This document shows, piece by piece, positions 1 through 10,727 of a stretch of DNA of 64,000 nt (positions are counted from its first letter, which is position 1; every line of letters starts with the position of its first letter). Position numbers and translations under genes: made by a program. The DNA is from a virus. The notes under the pieces were generated by a model, which was not told the origin of the DNA, made no database searches, and was given only the letters and a program-made list of their open reading frames with translations. The stretch is from IMG/VR virus record IMGVR_UViG_3300009152_000041, positions 1,901 through 65,900 of that record; one strand, given 5' to 3'.

Positions 1-204
1 TTTTAATCTAGAGTAAGTTCGAAGAAATGTTATCTCTCCAACGGAGTTCCCAGCTGCATCCCTGTATCCAAATGGTGCAGACTTAGACCTATATGATTCT
101 ATGAAATCATCAGTTAACTTAAATAAGAACATAGAAGATTGCTTAGTGGCAATCGGTGTTAGATCTGGGTTTCCGTTTTCGATTTCTTCTGACATGCTAT
201 CTCC

Positions 205-909
205 TTATTTTGCTAATGCTAAAGTTTTTACGTACTTAGGGTTTAATTTTTCTATTTCTGTTTTCTTGATCTTTTTTATCTGATCATAATTATATACGTT
301 ATATATTTCTCTTTCGAAAAAATATCCACTTCTCCAGTTAAAAACTTTGTCTATTACATTCTTGTGATTTTGAAATACATTTGATATAACTGCACCACCA
401 TATATTCTAACTAGGTTTTGCATTTTCTTAGTTACGATATCTTTATTCTTGTCATTTAAATCACCGTTTTGTTCCGCCTGAGTATATAACCAATTAAAGC
501 TTTGTCTAGTTAATGGAGAGTAATCAATTGGATCGATGATGCCAATCGATAGTAACTCTTTTTGATTGGTTTGTATGTATAAATCTTTCTTAACTATTTC
601 TAAAAATAAAGAAAACCAATCTCTTTCCTTGTACTGATTCCAGGTAGGGCACCAAAATAGAATAAGGTGAACTGGATCAGGGATATTTGTTTTCTCCATA
701 GTTGGCAATAACATTGTGCAGGATATTGCTCTCTTTATATCTTCTTTACTTATGTCAGAATTCTTATTCTTGTTTTCAAGATTCATCCATAGTTTTGAAA
801 TGTGCGTTTTCCAATCTGCTTCACCTATATATAGGTTAAGATACTTTTCAGCAACATCTAATGGAAGGGCTTTGTCTCTAATTACTGTATTTAATTGATC
901 TAAAAACAT
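205..909 (-). CDS. hypothetical protein, 234 aa
   Basis: Open ORF lying beyond the hairpin at 971-1002; no recognised domain. Confidence 0.7.
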   Translation of the reverse strand: MFLDQLNTVIRDKALPLDVAEKYLNLYIGEADWKTHISKLWMNLENKNKNSDISKEDIKRAISCTMLLPTMEKTNIPDPVHLILFWCPTWNQYKERDWFSLFLEIVKKDLYIQTNQKELLSIGIIDPIDYSPLTRQSFNWLYTQAEQNGDLNDKNKDIVTKKMQNLVRIYGGAVISNVFQNHKNVIDKVFNWRSGYFFEREIYNVYNYDQIKKIKKTEIEKLNPKYVKTLALAK

Positions 910-970
910 TTATAATCCTCATTAACCCTAGACAAAACTACAAAAACTTATATAAGAGACCCTTTAAAAC

Positions 971-1002
971 AGTTATCCCGCCCTGATTGGGGCGGGATAA
1001 CT
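971..1002 (-). terminator. Rho-independent-like terminator closing the minus-strand structural operon
   Basis: Perfect 13-bp GC-rich inverted repeat AGTTATCCCGCCC / GGGCGGGATAACT with a 6-nt loop in an AT-rich intergenic gap downstream of the holin ORF; minus-strand continuation is GTTTTAAAGG, so the U-tract is short. Confidence 0.75.
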
Positions 1003-1081
1003 ATCTTACGCTAAGTAGATGCGTCGGTTTCCGTACTGACAAGTATATCAGTTAGGATTTTTTTATGTTGTGTTTAACTAA

Positions 1082-1285
1082 TTATTTCAAAGTTGCAGCG
1101 GAGTCCTTGTCTCCAATTTTTGTTGCTGCGAATCCCTTGATAACGCTAAGCCCTGCTGCTGCTGCAGCTGTTGCTGCTGCTTTAGCTTGATCAACTCCAC
1201 CGACTGTATAAACAGCGATAAATGTTTGTGCTGCAGTCCAAAGGGCTCTTTCGAGTACGTCTTTAATTAATTTTTGATCTGGCAT
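1082..1285 (-). CDS. holin-like protein (phage r1t family-like), 67 aa
   Basis: ALWTAAQTFIAVYTVGGVDQAKAAATAAAAAGLSVIKGFAATKIG resembles r1t-type holins of phages infecting Gram-positive/actinobacterial hosts. Confidence 0.65.
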   Translation of the reverse strand: MPDQKLIKDVLERALWTAAQTFIAVYTVGGVDQAKAAATAAAAAGLSVIKGFAATKIGDKDSAATLK

Positions 1286-1300
1286 TTGTTTCTCCTATTG

Positions 1301-1891
1301 TTAGAGGGCTTTTGCTGACGGTACACCTTTGTACTCACCAACTTTATTGCGACCGTATTCACTAGCAGTATTAGCTTGTCCGTAACCTGACTTCATTACC
1401 TCTGTTGAAGCAACACCGTCAAAGATATAGTTATTATAAAGACTGTATGCAGTTACTCTCTTGGCGTGACCCATACCTGCAAATGCTTCTGCTGAAGTAA
1501 CACCATCAAAAATGTAGTTACTGTAATTACCATAGTACAGGCTGCGCTTAGCATGTCCGCCAGCAAGTGCTCTTATATCAGCAAGTCCCTTATATTCAAA
1601 AGGACGGAATCTAGTTCCCTCATAGGTTGCTGTACCATCGGCAAATGTACCCGCTAAAGGTGTAGTTTGAGCATAGAGGGTAGAGCCATTGAAGAGCTGC
1701 GATAGCAGGACGTTACCTGGATAGTTGCCAGTTCCTGGAGTGTGATGATTATCGGGACCACCGTCTAATACATGACTACCGCCCTTAAGAGGGTAGTAAG
1801 AGTATGTGCCGACGACGCCCTTTGGGCCGATCATATCAGCAGTTGTGCGCCCCTTCAGTACTGGTCTTGGACCAACGTAGTAAGTTGCCAT
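1301..1891 (-). CDS. small repeat-containing virion-like protein, 196 aa
   Basis: Degenerate tandem repeats (NYIFDGVTSAEAFAGMGHAKR / NYIFDGVASTEVMKSGYGQA / GEYKGVPSAKAL). Confidence 0.65.
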   Translation of the reverse strand: MATYYVGPRPVLKGRTTADMIGPKGVVGTYSYYPLKGGSHVLDGGPDNHHTPGTGNYPGNVLLSQLFNGSTLYAQTTPLAGTFADGTATYEGTRFRPFEYKGLADIRALAGGHAKRSLYYGNYSNYIFDGVTSAEAFAGMGHAKRVTAYSLYNNYIFDGVASTEVMKSGYGQANTASEYGRNKVGEYKGVPSAKAL

Positions 1892-1920
1892 TTTATAGTC
1901 TCCTTAAAAGAATAATGTGC

Positions 1921-1928
1921 TATTTATA
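1921..1928 (-). promoter_or_regulatory. possible T4-type late promoter element TATAAATA
   Basis: Minus-strand TATAAATA about 30 nt upstream of the 1891 start. Confidence 0.3.
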
Positions 1929-1962
1929 GTAAAATGAAATAGCTACTTATTAACTATTAAAA

Positions 1963-3231
1963 TTAGCTATAATTAACTATTAGATCAGATAGGACTGGAG
2001 CTGTTCCGTCCCCAAGCTGATTCAGGGTTACTTCTATCCAGACTGAAGACGAACCGGAAACCTCATCAAGTGTATAAACTCCGCTATCCTTATAGATTAC
2101 CCTATAGCTGAAAGCCGTAGATATTAACTCCTCAGGAACATTATACATCTTTGGTATGACCTCGTCTACTGAATAGATCAATGTTCCTTCTGGGGCGGTG
2201 AACTTGATTATTGTTCTTCCAGTTTCCAAGAACCTTTGCGATCTTACATCTAGATCAGATAAGCCATATGTATATACGTATTTACCATTTTCTAAAATAT
2301 AATTTCTTTGTCTCATATTTATTCTAATTGCAGTAATCTTTATTGGAGGGAAATAGAATCCCATCGGCCCAGCATTGAGTACTATGTCCGAACCGGATAT
2401 TGACCATCCACCTGGAGCAACTCTACCTATCGCATCAGATTCGCTATCATATAGTCTATTAAAGTTTAAGGGAGTCCATCCATCAGACTCTTCCAAAGAT
2501 GGCTCTACCTTTGTCGTGTACTCAATCGAAAGAATGTCTACTCCGAATAATGGATATGGGGATAAAGATAAATAGTTTGATGTATCGGATCCAGAATAGG
2601 CATTAGGGATCTTGTAGTAGGCAAACATTTGAGCGCCGGATCCCAAAGCTGAGTCGGCTATGATATTTCGTTTCCAGAATTTATCAGACCTATCTAAAAG
2701 TGCGTGAAACATTGGACTAGTATCCACTAGTGCACCAGGTGTATCAACACTAACAAAGTCATTCTTTATTTTTGTTTCTAGAAAATCTGGAATTGTTTGT
2801 TCTCCTAAGCCGCTAAAAAACTTAAGCTTAGAATAAGAAGAACCATCAACCTTTGGCAGTGTTATTAGATTATACACATGATCAAAACTAAGTGCTTCAG
2901 AACTTGAGAGTGCAAACTGTGCGTCACTAACAAAACCAGCTACATCTATTTGAGAATAGCTATATATAGAGAGTTTTTTATAAGGTGAATCAGTATTATA
3001 TTCAATTGCCTTTACCCTATCTTCTAGATCTGCTATAGCTCTAGAGATAAATAAATGATCTTTTAATACTCTTTCAAAAGCCTGACTCAACTTCTGATCC
3101 AATACACCAGATCTATTATAGAGGTGAACTAAATCTTGATAGTTCTGTTCTGCCCTCATGTTAAAGTCAGCACTATCTACAGGACCGTTGTACTGTATTG
3201 TTTTATTTTCTGTGTTTAGGTAATCTGACAT
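1963..3231 (-). CDS. putative structural/baseplate protein, 422 aa
   Basis: Long ORF in tail module; no confident family. Confidence 0.65.
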   Translation of the reverse strand: MSDYLNTENKTIQYNGPVDSADFNMRAEQNYQDLVHLYNRSGVLDQKLSQAFERVLKDHLFISRAIADLEDRVKAIEYNTDSPYKKLSIYSYSQIDVAGFVSDAQFALSSSEALSFDHVYNLITLPKVDGSSYSKLKFFSGLGEQTIPDFLETKIKNDFVSVDTPGALVDTSPMFHALLDRSDKFWKRNIIADSALGSGAQMFAYYKIPNAYSGSDTSNYLSLSPYPLFGVDILSIEYTTKVEPSLEESDGWTPLNFNRLYDSESDAIGRVAPGGWSISGSDIVLNAGPMGFYFPPIKITAIRINMRQRNYILENGKYVYTYGLSDLDVRSQRFLETGRTIIKFTAPEGTLIYSVDEVIPKMYNVPEELISTAFSYRVIYKDSGVYTLDEVSGSSSVWIEVTLNQLGDGTAPVLSDLIVNYS

Positions 3232-3240
3232 TTTAATTAA

Positions 3241-3666
3241 TTATCCAGTCTGTTTTTCTAATTTATTAATTTTATAAAATAATCTTGACAAACTTCCGCC
3301 AATTGTATCTGTAGTTTCCAGGTAATCTATTGTATCACTTGCACTATAGTCGTACATCGAAATTGAATCAGTAGAAAGGTCATAGACTCTACCATAGTAT
3401 TCTTCACCAGTTATCTCATCTGAAATAGTTCGGATTTCATGGGTTTCATCTTTTTCCGCTCCTAGAAAAATCTTTACTTTATCAATTATAGCTGTATCAA
3501 GAAGTTCTAATTCTAAATACAGTCTGTTCATATCCATATAAACTTTTTGATTAAAGAGATTTTCCTGTCCGCTCTTCCTTGGAGATCTATAAAATGATCT
3601 AAACCTCTTAACTAATGGTTCTCTAATTATTTTTTTACTATTTGGATCTAGATAACTTATCGGCAT
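3241..3666 (-). CDS. hypothetical structural protein, 141 aa
   Basis: Complete ORF in the tail operon. Confidence 0.6.
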   Translation of the reverse strand: MPISYLDPNSKKIIREPLVKRFRSFYRSPRKSGQENLFNQKVYMDMNRLYLELELLDTAIIDKVKIFLGAEKDETHEIRTISDEITGEEYYGRVYDLSTDSISMYDYSASDTIDYLETTDTIGGSLSRLFYKINKLEKQTG

Positions 3667-3696
3667 GTGTGTCTCCTACTTTGGATATAGTAAACT

Positions 3697-5922
3697 TTAA
3701 TATTCACTTGTTGTTGAATTATTATCGGATAATTCATTTGCTGATATATCAGAATAATTTTCGGAATTCTTAAACTTTAATTTAAAATAATCAATAGTTG
3801 GAGAAGACAGCGGATTTCTACTTCTGGATATGTCGGCTCTAAATCTTAGAGCAGTTACTGGGTTTGGGTTGTTCGAATAATAAAATAATCTTGAATTACT
3901 GTTAATATTATCTCTGCACAAGATTTCTTTATTGCCGAAAAAATTTTCGACAGTAAACACCTTGTCGTATGTTGATCTGTTGACCTTAAACTCAATTGGG
4001 TCTACATAGCCGTAGTATTGACTATAAACTAAACCATAATCTAATAATGATTTAGAATCCATTAAACTGATTGAACCGTTTGCACTATCCTTTATATCTA
4101 TAGCTACCTTAATTGTGTTGATTCCCGCTTTGAAGTTCCATTCAATCAACTCTGAAGTTACCCCAGAAGGAACACTTGATGGCCTTCCATTTAGGTAGAC
4201 TGCAACATCCCAGCTCTTCGAAACGCTATCATTTTTAACCAACAAGTGTCTAATGGTGATATCATTAGCGCAGAATATTTTAGTTTCCAATAAAACGCTA
4301 ATTGATTTTAAGTTTGGACCAGAAAAAAATATAGAATTATTAGATATTTCATAAGATGGTATAGAGAATATTTGTCTAACACTTGATTTTCCAGATAAAA
4401 TATTTCCCCAAGTAGCTAAAGAATCGTTTTCATTATAAATACTATTTTGATAATTTATATAATTACCAGAAACTGAATTTATACCATCTAGTAGATAAGA
4501 ACTAACCGGGTTATCCAATTGATCAAGCTTTGCTATTCTATATATTGTTTGATTTGGATATAAATCAACTGTTGGATTTTGCTCATTTAAGTTCTTAGAA
4601 GTATTTTTTGAAACTAATGGTATTTTATTTAAAGAGTTTGTAGAGTTTTCTACACCATCTAATATCTTTTTTGATTTTAAAGAAGAGCCAGAAAAATTAA
4701 CTGTTGTAGAAAAAGAGTTTTGAGTACTTTGTTCTGAAGAAATTGGAATCCAAGAAAAATCAGATATTGATTGAGCGGACGCGTTATCTTCTGCTACAAA
4801 ATAATTAACTGAACCATCCTGTGAATTTTCTCCAACATCTATCGATACAGCGTCGATCACCAAGTTGCTATTGTCATTTGAATTTAATGATATCGGAGCA
4901 GATACAAACGATGCAGATTTATCATAGTATTGTCCACTTATAGCTATGTCTCTAATGCCATATCTATATCCATATCTGCTAGCTCTGTTGTCTTCTATGA
5001 CGTCTGGTTCTGTTTTAACAAAGAATATATCTATTGAACCAACGTTACCTGGATCAAAGCTAAAAGAAAATCTATCATAATCTTTAGTAGATTTTTTATT
5101 CAACACCTCAGACACCTTGTTGGGGTCGGTGTAGTTTACCTTCACGTAGATATCAGTTGGGGAAATAGTATTTAATCTTCCCTCTATCTTTGATAAGATA
5201 ACATTTTTAGCTATAGGTAAGTTGATTGAAAAGCTAACTAAGCCTATAGTGTCAAAATAAAATACGTTTTGCCATTCAGTATTTTCTAAACCATCAAAAA
5301 CAGATCCAAAAAAAGAATCGTCAGAAAACTTCTTATTTAAATCTATTTGCGTTTTATTAAAACTCAGAGAATATGTTGGTGCGCTTGCCACAACTGAACT
5401 AGTGGAAAGTAAATCAAAAACCGAAGACTTTAATGTTGGTAATGAAACTTTACCGTTAACTGTGTCGACAAAAGCTGAAGTATAATTTAGATCAGATCCA
5501 CTTGTTGAGGCAAAGTTGTCTGAGTATGCTGCATAGTATCCTTCTGAATTTTGATTAGCAAAAATTAAGTCATCCACTTTATTTTCTAACATCATTCTTT
5601 TAGACTTTAAGTTATTTAATCTTTTATTTAATGCTGTTGCTACAGTCATTAAATCATCAGAATTTTCAAATATAGAATCATACAAAACTTCTATATTAAA
5701 AAGAGTATGTAGCATCTTTTGATTAAAAATTTCAACTTGACCAAATGCCATCTGTCTAAATATTTGAGCATTTATATCTAATGGTTGCCCTGGCTCATAC
5801 TTAGAAAAGTACTTAGAAAAGAACTCTAATATTTCCTGCTCGTTAGGCTTGTTTCCACCAGCATAAAGGCTCTTGTATAAAGTGCTTAAGAATTTTTCCT
5901 TTTGTATATTGCTTATCGTCAT
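3697..5922 (-). CDS. putative structural protein, 741 aa
   Basis: Long ORF, beta-rich composition, in the tail operon; overlaps the next gene by 4 nt. Confidence 0.65.
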   Translation of the reverse strand: MTISNIQKEKFLSTLYKSLYAGGNKPNEQEILEFFSKYFSKYEPGQPLDINAQIFRQMAFGQVEIFNQKMLHTLFNIEVLYDSIFENSDDLMTVATALNKRLNNLKSKRMMLENKVDDLIFANQNSEGYYAAYSDNFASTSGSDLNYTSAFVDTVNGKVSLPTLKSSVFDLLSTSSVVASAPTYSLSFNKTQIDLNKKFSDDSFFGSVFDGLENTEWQNVFYFDTIGLVSFSINLPIAKNVILSKIEGRLNTISPTDIYVKVNYTDPNKVSEVLNKKSTKDYDRFSFSFDPGNVGSIDIFFVKTEPDVIEDNRASRYGYRYGIRDIAISGQYYDKSASFVSAPISLNSNDNSNLVIDAVSIDVGENSQDGSVNYFVAEDNASAQSISDFSWIPISSEQSTQNSFSTTVNFSGSSLKSKKILDGVENSTNSLNKIPLVSKNTSKNLNEQNPTVDLYPNQTIYRIAKLDQLDNPVSSYLLDGINSVSGNYINYQNSIYNENDSLATWGNILSGKSSVRQIFSIPSYEISNNSIFFSGPNLKSISVLLETKIFCANDITIRHLLVKNDSVSKSWDVAVYLNGRPSSVPSGVTSELIEWNFKAGINTIKVAIDIKDSANGSISLMDSKSLLDYGLVYSQYYGYVDPIEFKVNRSTYDKVFTVENFFGNKEILCRDNINSNSRLFYYSNNPNPVTALRFRADISRSRNPLSSPTIDYFKLKFKNSENYSDISANELSDNNSTTSEY

Positions 5923-8076
5923 AATTGCTCAACTCTTCCGGCTATTTGATATGAGTAAATAACAGGTGTAGTGTTTTCATATCTTGGTTTTTCTATATCA
6001 ATTTTTATTCTGATTGACTTTGTATCAGATGGTATGTCTGGAGAGTTGAAATATGAAACTCCCTTTACTTGACCAAAGCTTTCTATATTTTCATTAAATG
6101 ATAATATTTCAGGAATGCCATTGAACGGATCTTCTATCGGAGAAATTTGTATCCACTTTTTCCCGTCATCTATTGATATGTAATATTTAATGTAACTTAT
6201 ATTTGAGTTGCCACCCTGAAGGCTGAATACCGTATCAGAAGATACGGTTAAATTTTTTACATTGTAACCAAATACAAATGGCTTAGATATTAACTGAGCT
6301 TTTTGTGCATATACGCTATAGTTAACGTCTATAGATCTAAGTCCTATCGTAAATCTTTTAGCTGGATAAATTTCAAAATTTCTTTGAAGCAGGATGGAAG
6401 ACGTTGAATATTTAGGTGATAGATCTGACTTAATTGTTTCTACTGCTAAATCTTGAAAGTTAGAACCAGACCATTCTGCGTTTGATATTTTTGCCTGTAT
6501 ATATGTTTTTGCCGTTTCAGCAGCAATCAAGCTTTCGTATTGAAAAGCTAAAGTAATATCAGACACAGCTGCTAATTCTTGCTGCTTAGCCAAAGTCTGA
6601 TAGGCTATTGCTGGGTTTACGTAATAGTATTTTTGCAAAGATGGAGCTGCAGAAGAATTTAATCTCTTAAAAGTTACAACATGCCTCTCTATTTTTATGG
6701 CTTCTTTGTATGTGATATTAATCTTCTTTGTTGCAAGACTAGATTGATCTTTTGAAACATTGGGGCGCAAAATGCTTGGAACTAAATCTAAATAATTAAA
6801 TTGAACATCTTGAAAACCAATAGCACTAAGTCCAGCTGGATCAAATCTACTATTAGTATTTAGTGGAGCAAGAGATCCGGTATTTGAAAACGGTTTCCAA
6901 TACATGTGCTGCATTGTTATATCAGAGTAGTCTGATTGCTCTAACTTAACAGTTATTTCTGATGTAACTATTTCATTAAAGTAAACTACTGCTTTATTAT
7001 AGTAGTAATTTTTTTTAGATTCAATATTTTGAGGAATGAAATTAGAACCTATATAAAGCGGAGAATCTAAAAGCTCAACAGTTTGATTTGTTATTTTAGA
7101 AATTGCAGTTATAGAAGAAACTTTTAATTCAGAATATGGAGCTCCGACTTTGTCCAAAATAAGGAACTATAGATATAGAATTTGTTTTTTTTGAAGAATC
7201 TGTTCTTATTTTTAAGGTTAGCTTAAGTGGTTCTTTGAGAATTTTTTCTGACCAATTTTTATAAACAGTATCTGTTTTTCCATCTGTTGAGATTTTAGAA
7301 GAATATGTAAACTCAAAATCTTTTGCTCCGTTTTTATTTTTTAGTATTGGGTCTATGTATATTCCCTCATACTCAAAATATGTTAAAGGGTTAGAATCAG
7401 TTACGTTCTGCAAGAGTCCCACAGAGTTATTGTCCTGGAACATGTAACGATAGTTTGAATCTATATTCTCTTTCGCATACACCATATGATTATTCCCAAT
7501 GAATCCATTAGACTCTTTTTCATCAATTGAAATTGATCTAACGCTCCAAGCATTTGTGTCGATAACTGGAAGCGATGCGTTTCCGTTTCTAATCGATGCA
7601 ATGAGGTTTTTGGGTGTTTTTTCTACATCTATAAAATCCATATTCTCAAATGAGTCACCAAAGTAATACAGATCTTCACTAGGTGCTTCTGAGTAAGCCT
7701 GAAGTATTCTTACTTTTGACTTAATTCTATTAGCAAATTGGTTTTCTTTTTCTATTTCAGAGTTAAATAAATTATACAAAGATACCAACTGCGCACTCTG
7801 ATAATCAAGTTGCTTAGCTATTATGTTTAAATCATCTGCAACCCCAGAAATAAATGCATTGAACTTTTTAGAAGATGGTGGCTCACCTTTTATTACTTGA
7901 TTATATTTTGCTATTGGATCAGTCGAGTATTTATTTATCTCAGTTATGAGTATGTGAAATTCTTCTGACATATCTTCATATGAGCTAACTGTATTTTGGG
8001 AATACTTCCTTAGAAAGGATTGTACCTTCTTAATAAGCTGATCGTAGAATACTGTATTTGTAGATAGTTGAGCCAT
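5919..8076 (-). CDS. putative structural protein, about 718 aa, produced by a +1 frameshift at CGG 7144-7146 (fuses track ORFs 7129..8076 and 5919..7157)
   Basis: Frame of the 8076 ORF reads ...TTT GGA CAA AGT CGG AGC TCC ATA TTC TGA; +1 reading AGT C GGA GCT CCA TAT TCT GAA TTA enters the downstream ORF as GAPYSELKVSS. Confidence 0.8.
7144..7146 (-). other. +1 frameshift site: AGT CGG A
   Basis: In-frame CGG (codon 311) followed by TGA after 4 codons; the +1 frame is open for the next 408 codons. Confidence 0.8.
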
Positions 8077-8078
8077 TT

Positions 8079-10727
8079 TTATCCCAATCTTAAAAGATTA
8101 TTTGCCATATGATCAGAGTTTTTTGTTTTAAACTTAAGTATAACATTGTCTACTGAACCAGATGAAAAATAGTTATTAAAATTATTTCTTATAATTAATC
8201 TGAATCTTACTTGACTATTTAAATATTCATATATAACGTTAAAAGGTTGAGTAATAGCTTTATTGAAGATGATATTCTTTCCATTATGGAAGAATAGAAC
8301 TTCCTGAGTATCATAAAATTCACCCTTTTCAAAACTACCTAATTTATAGTTAGTAAGATTAGTAGCATATGAACCATCAGAAAACTTTACAAGCACTGGA
8401 GTATAACCGGTGTACTCTATCGTGTTAATAGTACCACCTCTTTGACTGTAAGAAGCCTTTTTTAGCTTATCATAGTTTATATATGGTTGATTAACTAATT
8501 TGATACCATTATTTGATGCAGTTCTTTCAAAGAACTCACCATTTTTATCATTAGAATAAGCCGATAAGGTTTGATTGCCAGCCAAAAGCGTAGATATATC
8601 TATGTAATTTTGAGTAAAGTTAACGTTGTCTGCTGTATAACTAGCAACGTAATTATTCTTTGGATCAAAAGAATTTATATAAATTGATCTATTAAACTTG
8701 TTTACAGTATATTGACTTTCTGGAATTAATTTTTGATTTGAGTATATTTTTATAGATGTATCAATTGGAAAAAATCTAAAAAATGCTGTTTTACTTATTG
8801 AATCAAAAAATAAAAATTCAGAGTTAATGTCATTGTTATCATAAGAGATGATTGGTATCCAGTCATTTTCTGAAGTTGGATTTTCTTTTATTGAAATTGA
8901 TAATTCATATGAGTTTGCTTCCTTAAGATCAAAATCTGGAAGCGCCTTACTCTCATCAACTTTTTCTAGATTCAACTTAGCCTTAACAGCTAGGGGATTC
9001 CCGTCTATTGGAATTTTAGAACTGATAAAGCATGCTTTATTAGTGGAGGGTGAGTTTGTTGCATTTGAGATCTGCCTTGTCTTACCAAATTGCACTCCCT
9101 TTAATGAAAAAGAATACATATAATTTTCTACATTTTGATTTTTGTTTCTTAACATATTCGTAGAATAAATATTTGATCCTGACATAATGGCATCGTCTGA
9201 AAAGCTTACTAGATTTTTATCTAATGAGTTTGAATTCTTACTTAGAATACTTGGAGAATTTCCTACCTTACCAAGAAGTCCACCCCTATTATTTAATCTG
9301 CTATCTACAAATAATGAATCATCAAACAACTTAAATCTATCACCTAGTGTTTGTGACACTATATTTTTTACCATAACAGAAAGATGGTTACTAGACGACA
9401 GGCGATTTTCCTGGTCTAAAGATATTGAATTATTTTTTTCATTTAAAAATGGTTGGGATCCAACTTTGCCAATTGGATATTTATATGTATAGTAATCAGT
9501 GTATGCATATGAATTTCTTTTTGCTTCATCTATTGAATTAAATTTTCTAAAATATTCTAGGACTATGTCTTGAAGTTTACTGTGATTATTCTTCTTACTT
9601 TTCCTTATACCATTTAGTAATTCATGAATTAGCCTTGAAGATACTTCATCTGAAGTTGGTGAAATAGTATTTTTCTTATACGTGCTTTGATTAAATATAA
9701 GCGTTATACTCTTTACTTTATCTAAAGGAAAGCTAATGTCTAATACAGAGTTTATCTTTACTGGAGATAAAAGAATTTTCTTTTTTTGATAACCAGAGCT
9801 AGGAACATTAGAATTGCTTGAATAGATTCTTTCTGCTATATTTGCTGATTCTACAACTACTTGCATTAGCTGCAGTCCATCATATTCATTAGGATTTATT
9901 CTAATTAAATCTATTTCAATTTCTTTTATAAAGTTAATTGTCATTACAGTTTTAGCACCAACTATATAAGAGTAGTCATAGTCTATGTTTTGAGAAAATG
10001 ATGGTGGGATAGAAGTTAATACTGTTGGTGATTGAACTGAGATATTCCATACGTTCGACTGTTTCTCGTTAAATAAAGATTCATAATCAGTTATGGAAGA
10101 GATATATTGATTATAGTTAGTTTCGTAGTCTACTGATTTTACAAAACCTATAGCATTGATAAAATCAATGCCGTTGCCAATTTTAAACTTTGAAACAATT
10201 GGATCAACAAAACCGTTTCCACTTTCATCAAAAGCAACTCCGCCTCTATCGACAAAGGGAACTGGAGAAGTGTCATATGTATTTGATTTTAGAAAATCAT
10301 TAAAATTTTCTATATAAGAGTCATTATAAAGATCATCTTTTCCTGAAATAAAATCATAGTTATCTATATAATTTTCTAAAAGAGAAATATTTTTTTCTAT
10401 TTTTGCTACTTGAGATGACATGACTTCTATCATCGAGTTTAAAGATACGCTAATTGAATTAGATGCCGAAAAGTATCTATCAAATCTTATTTGTACATCT
10501 CTAAAAATATCAACAAAGAATTCAGATTCTATAATAGCCCTAGACCTCATTAAGGCTGGGGCAAAGTCTGCTCCAACAGAAAAATTAGAAAGACTTTTAA
10601 CTAATTCTGCTACCTGTGCTTTATCGGCTTTAATGCTTTTAATTAAATAGCCAACACTTTGCTGGGAATTGTCAGAAAATGTTTTAATTATACTAGGAAG
10701 AAAGTTAATCATGATAATACACCCCAA
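8079..10727 (-). CDS. putative baseplate/tail structural protein, 882 aa
   Basis: Long ORF in the tail operon, overlapping the upstream gene by 19 nt. Confidence 0.65.
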   Translation of the reverse strand: MGCIIMINFLPSIIKTFSDNSQQSVGYLIKSIKADKAQVAELVKSLSNFSVGADFAPALMRSRAIIESEFFVDIFRDVQIRFDRYFSASNSISVSLNSMIEVMSSQVAKIEKNISLLENYIDNYDFISGKDDLYNDSYIENFNDFLKSNTYDTSPVPFVDRGGVAFDESGNGFVDPIVSKFKIGNGIDFINAIGFVKSVDYETNYNQYISSITDYESLFNEKQSNVWNISVQSPTVLTSIPPSFSQNIDYDYSYIVGAKTVMTINFIKEIEIDLIRINPNEYDGLQLMQVVVESANIAERIYSSNSNVPSSGYQKKKILLSPVKINSVLDISFPLDKVKSITLIFNQSTYKKNTISPTSDEVSSRLIHELLNGIRKSKKNNHSKLQDIVLEYFRKFNSIDEAKRNSYAYTDYYTYKYPIGKVGSQPFLNEKNNSISLDQENRLSSSNHLSVMVKNIVSQTLGDRFKLFDDSLFVDSRLNNRGGLLGKVGNSPSILSKNSNSLDKNLVSFSDDAIMSGSNIYSTNMLRNKNQNVENYMYSFSLKGVQFGKTRQISNATNSPSTNKACFISSKIPIDGNPLAVKAKLNLEKVDESKALPDFDLKEANSYELSISIKENPTSENDWIPIISYDNNDINSEFLFFDSISKTAFFRFFPIDTSIKIYSNQKLIPESQYTVNKFNRSIYINSFDPKNNYVASYTADNVNFTQNYIDISTLLAGNQTLSAYSNDKNGEFFERTASNNGIKLVNQPYINYDKLKKASYSQRGGTINTIEYTGYTPVLVKFSDGSYATNLTNYKLGSFEKGEFYDTQEVLFFHNGKNIIFNKAITQPFNVIYEYLNSQVRFRLIIRNNFNNYFSSGSVDNVILKFKTKNSDHMANNLLRLG

